Assembly (NCBI GenBank): GCA_030390025.1
Contig: CM059431.1
Span: forward strand, 140,866,001 to 140,930,000
Length of the DNA: 64,000 nt
Direction of reading: 5' to 3'
Source of the DNA: Squalus acanthias
Taxonomy: Eukaryota
Of this stretch, positions 24,001 to 35,779 are shown piece after piece. Position 1 is the stretch's first letter, and the number at the start of each line of letters is the position of its first letter. The notes under the pieces are model-generated. The model was given only the letters and a program-made list of their open reading frames with translations. It was not told the DNA's origin and did no database searches. The position numbers were made by a program, and so were the translations under genes.

Positions 24001-25840
24001 TGAGGGTCAGTGCTGAGTGATTGCTGCACTGTCAGTGGGTCAGTGCTAAGTGATTCCTTCACAGTCAGAGGGTCAGTGCTGAGAGATTCCTGCACTGTCA
24101 GAGGGTCAGTGCTGAGAGATTCCTGCACTTTCAGAGGGTCAGTGCTGAGTGAATGCTGCACTGTCAGAGGGTCAGTGCTAAGTGATTGCTGCACTGTCAG
24201 AGGGTCAGTGCTGTGTGATTCCTGCACTGTGTGAGGGTCAGTGCTGAGTGATTGCTGCACTGTCAGAGGGTCAGTGCTAAGAGATTCCTGCACTTTCAGA
24301 GGGTCAATGCTGAGTGATTGCTGCACTGTCAGAGGGACAGTGCTGAGTGATTGCTGCACTGTCAGAGGGTCAGTGCTGAGTGATTGCTGCACTGTCAGAG
24401 GGTCAGTGCTGAGTGATTGCTGCACTGTCAGAGGGTCAGTGCTGAGTGATTGCTTCACTGTCAGAGGGTCAGTGCTGAGTGATTGCTGCTCTGTCAGCGG
24501 GTCAGTGCTGAGTGATTGCTGCACTGTCAGAAGGTCAGTGCTGAGTGATTCCTTCACTGTCAGAGGGTCGGTGCTGAGTGATTCCTTCACTGTCAGAGGG
24601 TCAGTGCTGAGAGATTCCTGCACTGTCAGAGTGTCAGTGCTGAGTGATTGCTGCACTGTCAGAGGGTCAGTGCTGTGTGATTGCTGCACTGTCAGAGGGT
24701 CAGTGCTGAGTGATTCCTGCACTGTCAGAGGGTCAGTGCTGAGTGATTGCTGTCGCAGAGGCAGTACTGAGCCAGTGCTTCACTTCCGGATGGATAGGAC
24801 TGCGGGAGCGCTGCAACGTCGGAGGTGCAGTACTGAGTGATCTCTGCACTGTCGGAAGAGCAGTACTGTGTGAGTGCAGTACTTTTTTTAGAGTCAGTTC
24901 TTAAGCAGTGCTGCACTGTCAGAGAGTCAGTTGTGAGGGAGTGTTGCACTGTTGGAGCGCATGTACTAAAGGAGCAGGGCTTAAATAGGGCAGTACTGTG
25001 GGTGAGCTGTCATCTCGGATTGTCATTACTGAGGCTGCGCTGCACTTTAGCAGGTGCGCTGCACTGTTGGGGAGGCGATATGAGGGAGTGCTGCTGTCGG
25101 AGGTGCAGTACTGAGGGAATGCTGCACTATCAGAGGACAGTACTGAGGGAGCACTACATTGTCAGTGGTGCTGTACTGTGCGAGTGCTGCACTGTCGGAG
25201 TTTCAGTACTGAGGGAGTGCTGCATTGCCTGAGCGGCAGTACTGAGAGAGCGCTGTACTGTCGGTGGTGTTGTTCTGTGCGAGTGCTGCACTGTCGGAGG
25301 GGCAGTCCTGAGAGTGCGATGCACCGTCCGAGCGTCAGGTCTGAGGAAAAGCTGCACCGTCGGAGGTGCTGTACTGTGGGAATGCTTTACTCTCGGAGTC
25401 TCAGTACTGAGGTTGTGCTGTAATCTCACAGGGGCAGTAATGCAGAAGTCCTTCGCTGGCGGATGGGCAGGACTGAGGAAGGTCTGCACTTGGCGGTTAA
25501 GTACTTTGTAATGGTGCCACATTAGCGGGGCCGGTACTGAGGGAGCGCTTCAATGTCGAATTGGTAGCACTGAAGGAACGCTGCACTGTCGGAAGGTCAG
25601 AACTGAGGGAGTGCAGTACTTTCGGAGAGTCAGTACTGAGGGAGTGCTGTACTGTCTGATGGGCAGTCGTGAGGGAGTCTTCCTCTCCCGGAGGTGCAGT
25701 ATTGCGTGAATGCAGCACTGTCGGAGCTGCAGTACTGACGGATTGCACTACCTTCGAAGAGTCAGTACTGTAGTAGTGCTGCACAGTCGGAGGGGCCGTA
25801 GTGAGAGAGCACTGGGGTACCGTGGGGGCAGTACTGGGCA
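21093..25840. repeat. 33-bp minisatellite; degenerate flanks, homogeneous core ~22830-24750 (about 58 units)
   Basis: Core unit GTCAGTGCTGAGTGATTGCTGCACTGTCAGAGG; flank units near GCAGTACTGAGGGAGTGCTGCACTGTCGGAGGG. Confidence 0.97.
22165..22625 (-). mobile_element. tRNA-derived SINE inserted in the minisatellite
   Basis: Non-array sequence; antisense B-box-like GAGTTCAAATACC near 22540-22550; shares GGTAAGGA.GGCAG.TTTCCTT and AATTAACTGAA.TTAAATT blocks with the copy at 41310-41625. Confidence 0.75.
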
Positions 25841-26580
25841 CTGCTGCGTTTCATGCATTACTGCAGTGTTCACCCTTAGAAAGTACTTAATTGGCTTTAA
25901 AGCCATTTGGAACGCGTTGCAGTCGCAAAAGGCGCTGTATAAATGCAATGTTTGCTTTCTTGTCTCTCCCCTGTTTTAAGCTATACTCTTTTCTTTCAGA
26001 CTCTATTAAACATGTTGTCGCTTTTCTCGTCCTTATCTGTTAGGATCGTGAATCTTTTAGGAAACCAACCCGAGCCTTCTCCTGCCTTCTTTGAGGAAAC
26101 TTTGATGGATAGGCGGAAGTTACGTAAGGAAATAGGGAACTTGGAATCTGTAATCTAAGTGATAGCAGTTAGATGAGAGAGAAACCTATTACCAGGACCT
26201 TTGTGAAGCAAAGATCGAATCTCTGCGTCGAAAAACTGAGCGCCACCGAAGCGCTAAAGCGGAGTGAGTGAGACTGAGGGAAGATGTAAAGTCTGACCGA
26301 GCACAAGGACTGACTAGAAGGGCGGTTAAGACACCAGGAGCAGATGGGCCTGTCGGACAGGATAGCCGGCTAAACCCCGATAAACCACACTTGCTGTGTT
26401 CAGCCCACAGCCTCCGATTTCAAGTCATCAGTGCCTGAAAATTCGGCTCCCAATTTATCCAAATTGCCTGAACAGAGTGCCTGCCATTCAAGAGCATAAT
26501 CCCTCTATTTGTATTTCTACATATGATTAAATCTGGAAATCCGATTACATTACTACGTTTCAAATCCCGGGGGAAGAGCA

Positions 26581-27354
26581 ATGAGGATGTTGGCTCGGTG
26601 TCGTGCCAGGCGGGTGGTAGTGAGCTCGATCCTGTGTGGACTCTTTGTGATATATATTTATGGATATTTTGGCTGGAGTGGAAACACATTCGTTAATAAT
26701 TTAAAACCTGTTAAACGAAAACCAGTTTACGATGCTCGATATGAATCACTCGATCTGTCAGAGGAGAACTCGAGTTGTTGGAAGATAATTAGGGGTGACC
26801 TGGAAGCCGTTGAAAACGCTCTTTTGAACTCGATCACAATCGCAAACAAATATAAGACCTTCACTGAGATCGATTATTTAAAAATGACCCGAAACTGTGA
26901 TTCTTTTGTGAAAATCCGCAAATACATCACTTTCCCCTTAAGTACCGAGGAACGCGATTTCCCTCTGGCCTATTCTCTGGTGGTCAATGAAAACATCGAG
27001 ATGTTTGAGAGGCTCCTGAGAGGCATTTACGCTCCTCAGAACGTTTACTGTGTCCACGTGGACAGGAAGTCTCCAAAGCCGTTTCACTCGGCGGTCCAGG
27101 CCATCACTTCCTGTTTCACGAATGTCTTTGTAGTCGGAAAATCGGAGACGGTGACGTACGCCTCATGGTCCAGAGTTCAGGCTGATCTGAACTGTATGGA
27201 AGAGCTGCTGCGGAGCTCTGTCCCGTGGAGATACCTCATCAATGTGTGTGGAAAAGACTATCCAATAAAAACCAACCGGGAGATAGTCAACTGTCTCATG
27301 GCGATGAACAGCTCAAATGTTATAGAGTCGGACCCTCCACCGGGATACAAACAG
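26581..27354 (+). CDS. GCNT-family (core 2/core 4, GT14) beta-1,6-N-acetylglucosaminyltransferase, GCNT3-like; coding exon 1
   Basis: Type II TM N-terminus, [60 protein letters not shown]; phase-0 donor CAG/GTAAAT at 27354/27355. Confidence 0.93.
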
Positions 27355-27402
27355 GTAAATGGTCCAGCTTCATGTCGGATGCCCATCCATTCATCCTGGT
27401 TT

Positions 27403-27660
27403 TCCATCCATCCATCCATCCATCCATCCATCCATCCATCCATCCATCCATCCATCCATCCATCCATCCATCCATCCATCCATCCATCCATTCATCCATC
27501 CATCCATCCATTCATCCATCTATCCATCCATCCATTATTCCATCCATCCATCCATCCATACATACATACATACATCCATTCCTCCATCCATCCGTCCATC
27601 CATCCATCCATCCATCCGTCCACCCATTAACCCATCAACCCACCCTCCCATCCATTCACA
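27403..27660. repeat. (CCAT)n microsatellite in the GCNT intron
   Basis: Direct reading. Confidence 0.98.
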
Positions 27661-27669
27661 CAACCATCT

Positions 27670-29837
27670 GAACTGGCAAATTAGTTTAAGGGATAGGTCA
27701 ATTGAGTTGCAGTGGCAGACATTTAAGGGGGCATTTCAAAATACACAGAATATATACATTCCAATAAGAAAGACAAATTCCAAGGGGAGGACCCACCATC
27801 CGTGGTTAACAAAAAAAAGTTGAAGATAGTATTAAGCTTAAAGAAAAAGCATATAATTGCGCAAAGATGGGTGGCAGGTCAGACGATTGGACAGAATATA
27901 AAAAAACAGCAAAGAATGACCAAAAGATTAATAAGGAGAGAAAAAAGTAGAGTACGAGAGAAAGCTAGCTAGAAATATAAAAACAGTTTCTATAGATATT
28001 TTAAAAAGAAAAGAGTTAACAAAGTGAGCATTGGTCGTAAAAAAAGTGAGTCTGGGGTATTAATAATGGAAAATAAGGAGATGGTAGTTGAATTGAACAG
28101 GTATTTTGTATCGGTCTTCACTATAGAGGATACAAGTAACATCCCAGAAATAGCTGTAAATCAGGAAATGGAAGCGAGGGAGGAAATCAAGAAAATTATA
28201 ATCACCAGGGAAGTGGTACTGAGCAAATTGTTGGAGCTGCGGGCTGACAAGACCCCTGGTCCTGATGGATTTCATCCTAGGGTCTTAAAATAAGTGGCTA
28301 GTGAGATAGTTGATGCGTTGGTTTTAATTTTCCAAAATTCCCTAGATTCAGGGAAGGTTCCATTAGATTGGAAAATAGCGAATGTATCTCCTTTATTCAA
28401 AAAGTGGTGGGGGGGGAGACAGAAAGTAGGAAAATACAGGCCAGTTAGCTTAACATCTGTCATAGGGAAGATGTTAGAAGCTATTATTAAAGACGTTATA
28501 GCAGGGCATTTAGAAAAGTTCAAAGTAATCAGGCAGAGTCAACATGGTTTTGTGCAAGGGAAATCATGTTTAAGCAATTTATTGGAGTTCTTTGAGGAAT
28601 TATCATGTGCTGTGGATAAAGGGGAACCGGTGGATGTACTGTACTTAGATTTCCAGATGGCATTTGATAAGGTGCCACATCAAAGGTTATTGCGGAAAAT
28701 AAGAGCTCATGGTGTAGGGGGTATCATATTGGCATGGATAGAAGATTGGCTTGCCATCAGGAAACAGAGAGTAGGCATAAATGGGTCATTTTCTGATTGG
28801 CAAGATGTAACGAGTGGTGAGCCACAGGGATCAGTGCTGGGGCCTCAACTTTTTACAATTTATATAAATGACTTGGATGAAGGGATCGAAGGTATGGTTG
28901 CTAAATTTGCTGATGACAAAACGATAGGTAGAAAAGTAAATTGTGAAAAGGACATAAGGAGGCTACAAAAAGATAAAGATAAGTTAATTGAGTGGGCAAA
29001 GATCTGGCAAATGAAGTATAATGTGGGAAAATGTGAAGTTGTCCATTTTAGCAGGAAGAATAAAAAATAAGCATATTATCTAAATGGTGAGAGATTACAG
29101 AGATCTGAGATGCAGAGGGATCTGGGTCTCCAAGTGCATGAATCGCCAAAGGTTACTATGCAGCTACAGCAAGTAATTAGGAAAGCTAACAGAATGTTAT
29201 CGTTTATTGCGAGGGTAATTGAATACAAAAGTAGGGAGGTTATGCTTCAGTTATACAGGGCATTGGTGAGATCACATCTGTAGTGCTGTGTACAGTATTG
29301 GTCTCCTTATTTAAGGAAGGATGTAAATGCGTTGGAAGCAGTTCAGAGAAGGTTTACCTGACTAATACCTGGAATGGGCAGGGTTGTCTTAAGAGGAAAG
29401 GTTGGACAGGCTAGACTTGTATCCGCTGGAATTTAGAAGAATAAGAGGTGACTTGATTGAAACATATAAGATTCTGAGGGGTCTGGACAGGGTGGCTGTA
29501 GAGAGGATGTTTCCTCTTGTGGGAGAATCTAGAACTAGGAGTCACTGTTTAAAAATAAGGCGTCGCCCATTTAAGACAGAGATGAGGAGAATTTTTTTCT
29601 CACAGAGGGTCGTGAGTCTTTGGAACTCTCTTCCTCAGAGGGCGGTGGAAGCAGAGTCTTTGAATATTTTTAAGGCAGTGGTAGATAGATTCTTGGTAAG
29701 CAAGGGGGTGAAAAGTTATCGGGGGTAGGCGGGAATGTGAGTAATCGGATCAGCCATGATCTTGTTGAATGGCGGAGCAGGCTCGAAGGATGTGTGGCCT
29801 ACTCCTGCTCCTAATTCGTATGTTCGTATGTATGTTC
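27670..29837 (+). mobile_element. 5'-truncated CR1 LINE in the GCNT intron
   Basis: RT motifs YRPVSLTS, DFQMAFDKV, KFADD; 3' UTR ending in a (TTCGTATG)n tail. Confidence 0.92.
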
Positions 29838-30778
29838 CCTCGACCCCCCCCCCTCCCTCCCACTCGCTCATTTACTCAAAGCATCCAGTTTTGTTTCCGT
29901 CCAATTTACTCGCACTAGTATAGTTATCGCTCCCTGATCAAAGTCGCCTATGTTTGTACATCAGTAGCGTTCTCCTCATTACATTTACTTGATTAAACAC
30001 AGAGTGTAGTGACCACGTGGGCTGCAGCGCCAGGGAGGTAGCGGTTCAGGTTAAATGCAGTAAAGTAACTGAAAAGATATTTGAAGGATTGGATGATTGA
30101 AACATGCTCATCATCAGACTGTAGTGACACTACACATCACGTGAAGCACAAGAATTGTGAACCTGTCCCCTCAGGTGGTCTCACATCTCCCGCTTCACTG
30201 CATTGGACAGTCAAGTGCTGACCAGAATTTCCAGTTCGATTTCCTCAAGCCCGACATCGTATTTTTTAAATCACTTGGTATGGCCACGAGATTAGAAGGA
30301 TGACATCATACTTACTTTATTGGGCTCTCTTCCCGGCAACTGAAGGCGTGGCAGATGAACATTTGCTGTTTCCGACATTGTTTTCAAAGCCCTGACATAG
30401 TTTCCTTTAAGGTGTGATTGTTGATTGGCTTATTTTATGTCACATGTCTAAAAGCGATGCTTGCGGTGACCGGAACAATTCTAAATATCCAATCTGAGCC
30501 AATCTGGCGATATATTTTCCGCATAATTGTCCTTCACTCGGCCATAAGTAGCAGTGCAGTGAGCCACCGCCTTGTCATTTCTGCGTCACTTCCTCTTTTG
30601 AGTCGCTCCAGGTATCAACATTTTCCACGCAATATTTATACAAGCAAAAAAAGTAGATAATGTTTAAAGTCATTGAGACAATGAAAGTTTATCGTTACTG
30701 ATGCTAGTTGTGGTGTGGCAAGAAAATGAGAATTAAGTTGTTAAATGCAAAACGATAATTCTTTGTGTTGACTTTCAG

Positions 30779-31306
30779 AGCCGATGGAAATTTCATCATG
30801 ATATCCGCGAGAGTGTGGTCAGAACAGATCGATTGAAGAGCCCCCCACACATACGCATCCCTATGTTTGTGGGGAGCGCATACGTTCTGGTTACCAGAGA
30901 ATTTGTGAGCATTTTATTTGTGAACCCGGAAATCCAGGCGCTTTTCAAGTGGTCGGAGGATACCTACAGCCCCGATGAACACATCTGGGCAACACTGCAG
31001 AGAATGCCCGAGGTACCCGGCTCCATTCCATACACTCCCAGGCACCACAGGGATGACGCACGAGTCCTTACTCGAGCAGTGAAGTGGTCTGTTAATGCTG
31101 GTGATATAGCGAAAGGAGCCTTATATCCGCATTGTACAGGAAGGTACAGCCATCAGCTCTGTGTGTATGGGTCTGGAGATCTCCACTGGATCGTCCAACA
31201 GAAACATTTGTTCGCCAACAAGTTTGATCCTAAAGTAGACAACACAGCTTTGCAATGTATGGAGGAATATGTCCGACACAGAGCGATTGATGAAACAGGA
31301 AGTTAA
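30779..31306 (+). CDS. GCNT3-like coding exon 2 (spliced product 433 aa)
   Basis: Acceptor TTTCAG at 30773-30778; in frame SRWKFHH...FVGSAY...DTYSPDEHIWATL...CVYGSGDL...FANKFD; AATAAA at 31428-31433. Confidence 0.93.
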   Translation, partial: SRWKFHHDIRESVVRTDRLKSPPHIRIPMFVGSAYVLVTREFVSILFVNPEIQALFKWSEDTYSPDEHIWATLQRMPEVPGSIPYTPRHHRDDARVLTRAVKWSVNAGDIAKGALYPHCTGRYSHQLCVYGSGDLHWIVQQKHLFANKFDPKVDNTALQCMEEYVRHRAIDETGS

Positions 31307-31556
31307 GAATGAATGGGGAGGTTTGGGCCACAGGCAGATGCCGGGACTCCAACAGCGAATGCATACAGATTGCCGATTGATTCTATGTGTTGAATAATAA
31401 TGCGGGAAAATGTCACACATGAACCAAAATAAATAACAGGGGTTCGATCAATAACTCAAACTGCAACATTTGCATAAACAGCACTAACAGTGGCTGCAAC
31501 AATCATTCAAACTGTAACTTTCTCATGAACAGAACAGTAACAGTGGCTGCATCAAT

Positions 31557-32390
31557 CTGGATTAGCAAAAATTTGCTCCAACTTAATATTCAGAAGAACG
31601 AAGCCACTGTCTTCGCTCCCCGCCACAAACTCCATCCAATAGCCTCCGACTCCATCCCTCTCCCTGGTCACTGTCTGAGGCTGAAGGAGACCGTTCTCAA
31701 ACTTGGCGTCTTATGTTAAACTGAGATGAACTTCCAACCACATATCGGCTCCATCACCAAGAACGCCTACTTCCACCTCTATAACCGCGCTCGTCTCAGC
31801 CCCTGCCACAGCTCATCTGCTGCTCAAATCCGCATCAGTGCCTTTGTCTCCTCTGGACTTGCCTATTCTAATGCTCTCCTGGCCTGCCTTCCATCCTCCA
31901 ACCTACATCAACTTGAACTCATCCAGTAATTAGCGGATTGTATCCTAACTCGCACCAAGTTCCATTCACCCATCACGCCTATGCTCGCTGACTTACATTG
32001 GCTCCGTTACGGCAATGCCTCGATAAAAATGATCATCCTTGCTTTTAAATCCCTACATGCCTAGTCCCTCTATATCTCTGTAACCTCTTCCAGTGCTACA
32101 ACCCTCCGCGATCTCTGTGCTCCTGCAATTCAGGCCACTTGCCGATTCCCTAGCCTTCAATTGTCTGGAACCTATGCTTTGGAATTTGCTCCATCATCTG
32201 CTCCGCCTCTGTACTTCTCGCTCCTCCTTGAAGAGGCTGCTTAAAACCGACCTATTTGAGCAAGATTTTGGTCGCCGGTCCTAAAATCACCTTATCTGTC
32301 TCGGTGCTAAATTGTGTTTGATAACCCTCCTGTGGAGTGCCTACGGAAGTTTTAGTACATTAAAGAACTATCAAAATGCAAGTTTTTTTG
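31557..32390 (+). mobile_element. L2-like LINE 3' fragment inserted in a ~51-bp minisatellite
   Basis: NLLQLNIQKNEA and LAYSNALLACLP...LELIQ; flanked on both sides by GTAACAGTGGCTGCATCAATC-type units (~31480-31556 and 32420-32605). Confidence 0.75.
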
Positions 32391-32739
32391 ATTTTAAAAC
32401 TTCAGCATTCTCCTGATTAAGACTGTAACAGTGGCTGCATCAATCATTCAAACTGGGGCATTCTCATGAATAGATCTGTAATATGGGGCTGCATGAATCT
32501 TTCAAACTGGAGCATTCTTATGAATAAATCTGTAATATGGGGCTGCATGAATCTTTCAAACTGGGGCATTCTCATGATTAGGACTCTAATATGGGGCTGC
32601 GTGAATGTCGCATTTGCAGTGTGAAAATGAGGATCAGACATAGCTGTAGTGAATCGCTTGAGCTGCGGAGCAGAATCACATGTTACGCCACACGGTTCCA
32701 GTCTACAGATTCAGGAATTGAACAATCACTGACTTTTAC

Positions 32740-34200
32740 TGTCAGAAAGAAGACATTCGGCCTCTCATACCGATGCCGGCTCTCTGAAAGAGCTGTATAT
32801 TTAGGTCCGTTCCCAAACCCCCACCCCTTCCTCTTGCTCCTTTTTTGAATTTTAATGACTTCTTCACTTCACTTATGAATTCTGCTTCCATCATTGTTTC
32901 CAGTAAGGCATTCCAGGTTCTAACAGATCCCATCCTAAAATAAACATCTTCCAATATGTAAGTTATTTTTTGCTGGCGATATTAAATGTATGTCCTTTAG
33001 TTGCCGACTCACCCAGCTGAACTTGTGAATATTTCAAAACGTCTTTCCGAATTTTCACTTAATTTTCTTAGTTCACATTGCCTTCTTTCTTCTCATAACC
33101 ACAGCCTCTCATCCCTGGTATAATCTCACTGAATTTATTTTGCACCGTCTCCATGGCCTTCACATCCTTCCCAATGCAGGGCGCCCACAACTGGGCACAA
33201 TAGCTGAGGTTTTGCACTGCTATGCAATTCTCCTATTTCTGTGGTGCACGAGCTGTGAGCTCAGAGAGAGAACATTTCCCCTCAAATTTCAACCAACATA
33301 TTTACAGCCCATCTACTAGTCTGTCTCTGTCCTATTTTATTGGCATAGAAACGAAGGAAGATGTTTTGGTCATTCAGTAGCTGGAGTCTGCTCCTCCATT
33401 CAATCATATCATGACTAATCTGCACCTTAAATCCACTTACACACCTTTGTTCCACATCCTCTGATATCATTACCTATAAAACATCTCTCTATTTAAGTCT
33501 TCACAATTTATATTGTCCAGCATCCACAGCCTTTTGAGGAGTCGAGTTCCAGATTTCCAATAACCTTTGTGTGAAATAGTGCTTCCGGATCTCATTCCTA
33601 AATGGCCGAGCTCTAATTCAAAGAAGATGCCCTCTTATTCTGCATTTCCCCATTAGAGGAAATAGTTTGTCTGTATCGACCCTATGGAATCCATGTATGA
33701 CATTAAATATTTACATATGATCAACCCTCAACCGTTTAAACTCATGGAAATACAAACCTGTACAATACAAACAATATGCAACCTGTCCTCACAATTTAAC
33801 ACTGCAAGCACTGGTATAATTCTGGTGAATATGCACTGTACCTGATATTCGGTGCCCAAAACTGAAAGTAATGCTCGAGATGGGGTCTGACCAAGGTTAT
33901 GTAAAACGGAAGCATCGAGTCCTCATTTTGATTTCAATTTCGATTTGTTTTTTCTCGGGTCCGAAGAGGATGGTGTCACATTTCATCACAATCAACTCCA
34001 TCTGCAATAGATTTTCCCACTCTATGCAGTTTATGTCCCTTCGTAATTTCCTACTCCCAAGTACTCAACGTACTTTACTTCCTAACTTAGTGTTATGCAA
34101 ACTTGGATATGCAACTCTCTATTCTTTCATCGAAGCCATTAACATATATGGTTAAAAACTGAGGCAATAATACAGATCCCGAGAAAACACCACTTGTCAA
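32740..34200 (-). mobile_element. Two degraded CR1 3' fragments
   Basis: Antisense RTWNALL.TMMEAE and 3' UTR hairpin remnants at ~32750 and ~33370. Confidence 0.6.
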
Positions 34201-34234
34201 AACAGAGAACATTCCGTTTATCCTTAATACGATA

Positions 34235-35068
34235 GCAAAATACTGCGGATGCTGGAAATCCCAAATAACAACAGAAAACGCTGGAAAAACTCAGCAGGCC
34301 AGGCAGCATCCGTGGAGAGAGAAACAGAGTTAACGTTTCAGGACGAAGACCTTTCGTCAGAACTGGAAAAAAGCAGGAAATGAAATAGATTTAAAGCAAG
34401 TAAAATGCTGGGAAAAAGGGGGAAGGGATAAAAGAACAAAAGGCAAGGTCAGTGGTGGGATAGAAACCAGGAGAGATTAAGAGACATAAGGAGATAATCA
34501 AGGCAAGATGATGTGTTAATGTGACAGGTTGAGGCTAGATTAAGTGTGAACTGGGCTGGCAGAATGAAGGACATCAGCCAGCTTTTGGGAGGGGAAAAAA
34601 ATGCCAAACAAAAGGGTGGATGAAAAAATAAAATAAAAATATATATATATATGTGTGATAGGGGCCAAGGTTATGATCTGAAATTGTTGAACTCGATGTT
34701 GAGTCAAGAGGGCTGTAGGGTGCCTAAACGAAAGATGAGGTGCTGTTCCTCAAACATACGCTGAGCTTCCGTGGAACAATGCAAGAGGCCGAGGACGGTG
34801 AGGTCAGAGTGGGAGTGGAGTGGAGAATTAAAGTGACAGGCCACCGGGAGCTCGGGGTCCCCCTTACGGACTGAACGGAGGTGTTCCGCAAAGCGGTCAC
34901 GCAATCTGCATTTGGTCTCCCCAATGTAGAGGAGACCACATCATGAGCAGCGGATACAGTATACTAAATTGCAGGAAGTACAAGGAAATCGCTGTTTCAC
35001 CTGGAAGGGGTGTTTGGGGCCCTGGACAGTGAGGAGAGGGGAGGTATAAGGGCATGTGTTGCATCTCC
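34235..35068 (-). mobile_element. Penelope-like element 3' fragment (GIY-YIG endonuclease plus terminal repeat)
   Basis: Minus strand LVYCIRCS*CGLLYIGETK then RDRFAEHLRSV...PVACHFN...EQHLIFRLGTLQP. Confidence 0.88.
34328..34364 (-). ncRNA. Minimal type I hammerhead ribozyme motif
   Basis: Minus strand AGTT-CTGACGA-AAGGTCTTCGTCCT-GAAACGTT-AACT: CUGANGA and GAAA cores, stem II with one mismatch, palindromic AACGTT stem III, 4-bp stem I. Confidence 0.7.
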
Positions 35069-35779
35069 AGGAGTTAAGTTTCCTGTGGTCAATTAGATTC
35101 CAATTGATTAGAAGTTTGCCTTAATTAAATGTCGCCACTGATTAAAGACACGGCCTTCTAACTCTCACACCTAATTTTGTTTGCAGTCACGTTATGGATG
35201 CTATTTTCAAGAATGTCCCTTGCCGTTAAATTCACATGTTCCCGCGTTGATACAAAGATATCCTATTCTTGAAAACTGTCCTGAATGCATAAGATTATAT
35301 TGTTATTTTACTACTTTGAGCTGTTCTCTTTCTCCCAGTCTGCGTGAAAATTAAAATCTCCCTTTATAACCTCATTGCTTTGGCTACATGCTTCCCTGAT
35401 CTCCGCGCTTATACATCCCATGACATCACTATTATCAGGAGCTCTGCAGACAACTCACACCAGGGTCTTGCATGCTATGCTTTTCCTTAACTCTATGAAT
35501 AGTGCTTCCACTTCTTGATCATCTTTGACTGAAACTGTTTCATTCTGCTGCTGTAATTTTGTTTACGTTTCCTGTCCTTTCTAAAGCGTCTGTAAGCTGG
35601 AATGTTAAGCTGTCAATCATGCCCAGTTTGTAACCAGGTCTCAGCAATGGCTAAAACATCATAGCTTTAAACTGAGTTGTGCTTCTAAATTATATCTTAT
35701 GCTACGTGCATTCACGTACAGAATTAAACTGCCAAAGACATGAATCAGATAGTAAACATTATACAGGTATGTAAATGGC

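Larger units (their letters stand above)
21010..25960 (+). mobile_element. tRNA-derived SINE whose internal 33-bp segment has expanded into a ~4.7 kb array
   Basis: tRNA-like head with B-box-like GGATTCAAGTCC (~21043-21054) before the array and a LINE-like tail (AAGTACTTAATTGGC...GGCGCTGTATAAATGCAA, ~25880-25950) after it. Confidence 0.7.

Noticed and set aside
22608..24722. 704-aa mucin-like ORF and Cys-rich ORFs on the opposite strand
   Set aside because: By-products of a 33-bp unit lacking stops in those frames; no signal peptide or unique domain.
22830..24750. CRISPR-like array of 33-bp partly palindromic repeats
   Set aside because: Units are contiguous with no unique spacers, no cas genes, and the context is vertebrate.
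27355..27823. HPSI-repeat C-terminus on the GCNT ORF and related ORFs
   Set aside because: Read-through into an intronic (CCAT)n tract; the real C-terminal half is in exon 2.
31536..32445. 21-bp direct repeat around the L2 fragment as a target-site duplication
   Set aside because: The sequence is part of the surrounding ~51-bp minisatellite unit and the right-hand copy is offset from the L2 tail.
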